Sequence record: NC_047838.1
DNA: 64,000 nucleotides
Strand: one strand, 5' to 3'
The notes under the pieces are model-generated. The model did no database searches, was not told the DNA's origin, and saw only the letters and a list, made by a program, of their open reading frames with translations. Position numbers and translations under genes: made by a program. Below are positions 62,314-64,000 of this stretch, piece after piece (positions within the stretch are counted from its first letter, which is position 1; each line of letters begins with the position of its first letter).

Positions 62314-62991
62314 ATGAAAAAACTTATGATGGCACTGGCAGCAGCACTTATGACTGCTCCAGTTATGGCAGACCCAATCACAGAAGATGAGTTCTTCACC
62401 CCTCATGCTCAGGGGTGCATGTTGCTCCAAGAATGCACCGATCATGTTCAAGAACTTAAAACAGTTTCTGACCTCAACAAGCATGAGGAACTGGCTGATA
62501 TTGATTACGGTATTGTTGCTGATGAGTTTAACTCTCTCGTCCGATCACTTAATAAGGTCGGAGCTAAGGTTTTTCTAGCAGATATGCGATACTTCCCGGT
62601 TGGTCATCGTGGAGTATATCATACTGTAGGTAACAACTTCTTTCTGAATGTGGCACATATGCATCGTCCTGGCACTATGATGTCAGTTATGCGTCATGAA
62701 GGATGGCACGCTGCTCAGGATTGCATGGCAGGAACAATCGAGAACAACTTTATCGCTATCATTCATGATCAAGAGGATGTACCTCGCATGTATCAGGCAA
62801 TCGCAAAGAGTGCTTATCAGTCTCAACCAAAGGCAATTCCTTGGGAGAAAGAAGCATACTGGGCAGGTCATACTGAGGGCATGACTGCGGCAGCACTTGA
62901 GTCCTGTGCTGCAGGAACCATGTGGACTGATTTTGATCCCACACCCATGACTCGTGAATGGTTGGTTGAAAACGGATTCCTTTCTAAATAG
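62314..62991 (+). CDS. Secreted zincin-like metallopeptidase candidate
   Basis: Signal MKKLMMALAAALMTAPVMA; RHEGWHAAQDC (HExxH) and downstream EKEA. Confidence 0.65.
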   Translation: MKKLMMALAAALMTAPVMADPITEDEFFTPHAQGCMLLQECTDHVQELKTVSDLNKHEELADIDYGIVADEFNSLVRSLNKVGAKVFLADMRYFPVGHRGVYHTVGNNFFLNVAHMHRPGTMMSVMRHEGWHAAQDCMAGTIENNFIAIIHDQEDVPRMYQAIAKSAYQSQPKAIPWEKEAYWAGHTEGMTAAALESCAAGTMWTDFDPTPMTREWLVENGFLSK

Positions 62992-63012
62992 AGTTGCCTT
63001 TGCTGGTGACTC

Positions 63013-63468
63013 ATGCCCGAAGAAGTAAAGAAGGAAGAACCTAAAAAGAAAGGTCCTTTTGGCAGACTGAAAGATAAAGTTGAGGATGCTGATGAACAGA
63101 TGGCAGTCATCAGCACCTTAGTAAGACTAGGTATTCTAGTTTGGTCTGGTGGTATTCTTACTCTTAACTATGTGACCATTCCTGGTTTGCCGCAGCAGAA
63201 GATCGATCCGACCTTCATAGCCAGCGTGTTCACTGGGGTTTTAGCTACGTTCGGGGTTCAGACGGCGAAGAAGTCTGGTGATGGCACGATGAAGATGAAT
63301 GGTGCTAATGGTGTCGCTGCTGCTGGTGGACCTGGTGCGATCACCAAGGCAGACCTTGAAAGACTGATCGCTGCTGCTAAGGAAACTGCACCTGCACAGA
63401 CCATCAGAGTCGAGCAAGGACCAATCAAAATCGTAACCGATTCAGAACAACCTCCATACAAAATGTGA
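63013..63468 (+). CDS. Two-helix membrane hypothetical protein
   Basis: TAAATA just upstream; two hydrophobic segments. Confidence 0.7.
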   Translation: MPEEVKKEEPKKKGPFGRLKDKVEDADEQMAVISTLVRLGILVWSGGILTLNYVTIPGLPQQKIDPTFIASVFTGVLATFGVQTAKKSGDGTMKMNGANGVAAAGGPGAITKADLERLIAAAKETAPAQTIRVEQGPIKIVTDSEQPPYKM

Positions 63469-63469
63469 T

Positions 63470-64000
63470 ATGAAACCTTACCTCAAGTGGACTGCCATTA
63501 GTCTTGGCAGCGTAGTAGCGATTGCACACATCGGTGTGCTGGGACATTTGGTTAGGAGAGAACCTGATAGGATTCAGGTCCCGACCATCAACATCCCACG
63601 CGGTACTCCATATTCCTCTTACAAAATAGAGGCGGGTAAGGACGGATATACAATTGAATACAAAGCAAACGATCCTGCTATTCTCGAATCCCAGAGATCA
63701 TTACATCTTGATCAAGATAAGAAAGGACTCTTTGGCGGAAAAACTGAGCAGAGAAGAGAGTGGAGACGTGATCAATATACTGCCGAAGGTGTGAGGAACA
63801 TAGGAGGTGCCGGAACGCTGGCAAGCGAGGGAAAGTCTGCGAAAGACGTAGAGTGCATCGTGGCGGACGCTGGAGCACGGTCACAAGGTGCGATGGCGGG
63901 TAGTGCTGTTGCTACGGGTGTTCTTGTCCCTGCAGTTGTAAACGTCCCATACATCGGATGGTTGGCAGCAGGTTGGGCAGCATTACTTGGTCAGAATATT
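63470..64000 (+). CDS. Membrane hypothetical protein, 3'-truncated by window edge (not in ORF track)
   Basis: MKPYLKWTAISLGSVVAIAHIGVLG... frame open to the window end; glycine-zipper-like C-terminal part. Confidence 0.7.
   Translation, partial: MKPYLKWTAISLGSVVAIAHIGVLGHLVRREPDRIQVPTINIPRGTPYSSYKIEAGKDGYTIEYKANDPAILESQRSLHLDQDKKGLFGGKTEQRREWRRDQYTAEGVRNIGGAGTLASEGKSAKDVECIVADAGARSQGAMAGSAVATGVLVPAVVNVPYIGWLAAGWAALLGQNI

Overview
This window is a 64-kb segment of a large T4-like marine cyanophage genome (cyanomyovirus, probably infecting Synechococcus). All credible genes are on the + strand. In order: (1) 1-19.4 kb, the T4 core recombination and replication block (gp47, gp46, gp45, gp44, gp62, regA, hsp20, gp43, uvsX, gp41, mazG), interspersed with an SDR epimerase, a VWA/metallopeptidase plus MoxR (CobS-like) AAA+ pair, speD, dam and a 2OG-Fe(II) oxygenase. 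(2) 19.4-26 kb, tRNA-Ala, a PD-(D/E)xK-like nuclease and late-promoter genes, including a HIGH-type nucleotidyltransferase with a T4 capsid-targeting-like leader and modular basic/acidic proteins. (3) 26-31 kb, primase gp61, nrdAB and a GIY-YIG gene. (4) 31.4-34 kb, seven more tRNAs interleaved with several structured non-coding elements, including a likely wcaG RNA. (5) 34-58 kb, a glycan-biosynthesis island of about 29 genes: GDP-mannose 3,5-epimerase-like, GT11, GT6, several sugar nucleotidyltransferases, an hddA-hddC-dmhB-dmhA GDP-6-deoxy-heptose module, carbamoyltransferase, NadE, methyltransferases, UDP-glucose dehydrogenase and GT25. (6) 58-64 kb, two small beta-barrel outer-membrane-like proteins, pstS, two hli genes, a SleB-type cell-wall hydrolase and membrane or secreted hypotheticals. 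The best leads are the heptose pathway with no gmhA/gmhB in the window (possible non-orthologous replacements), the ABO-like GME-GT11-GT6 trio, a possibly virion-packaged nucleotidyltransferase together with NadE, and the ncRNA-rich tRNA island. All calls come from motif reading and recalled family knowledge; no database search was run.
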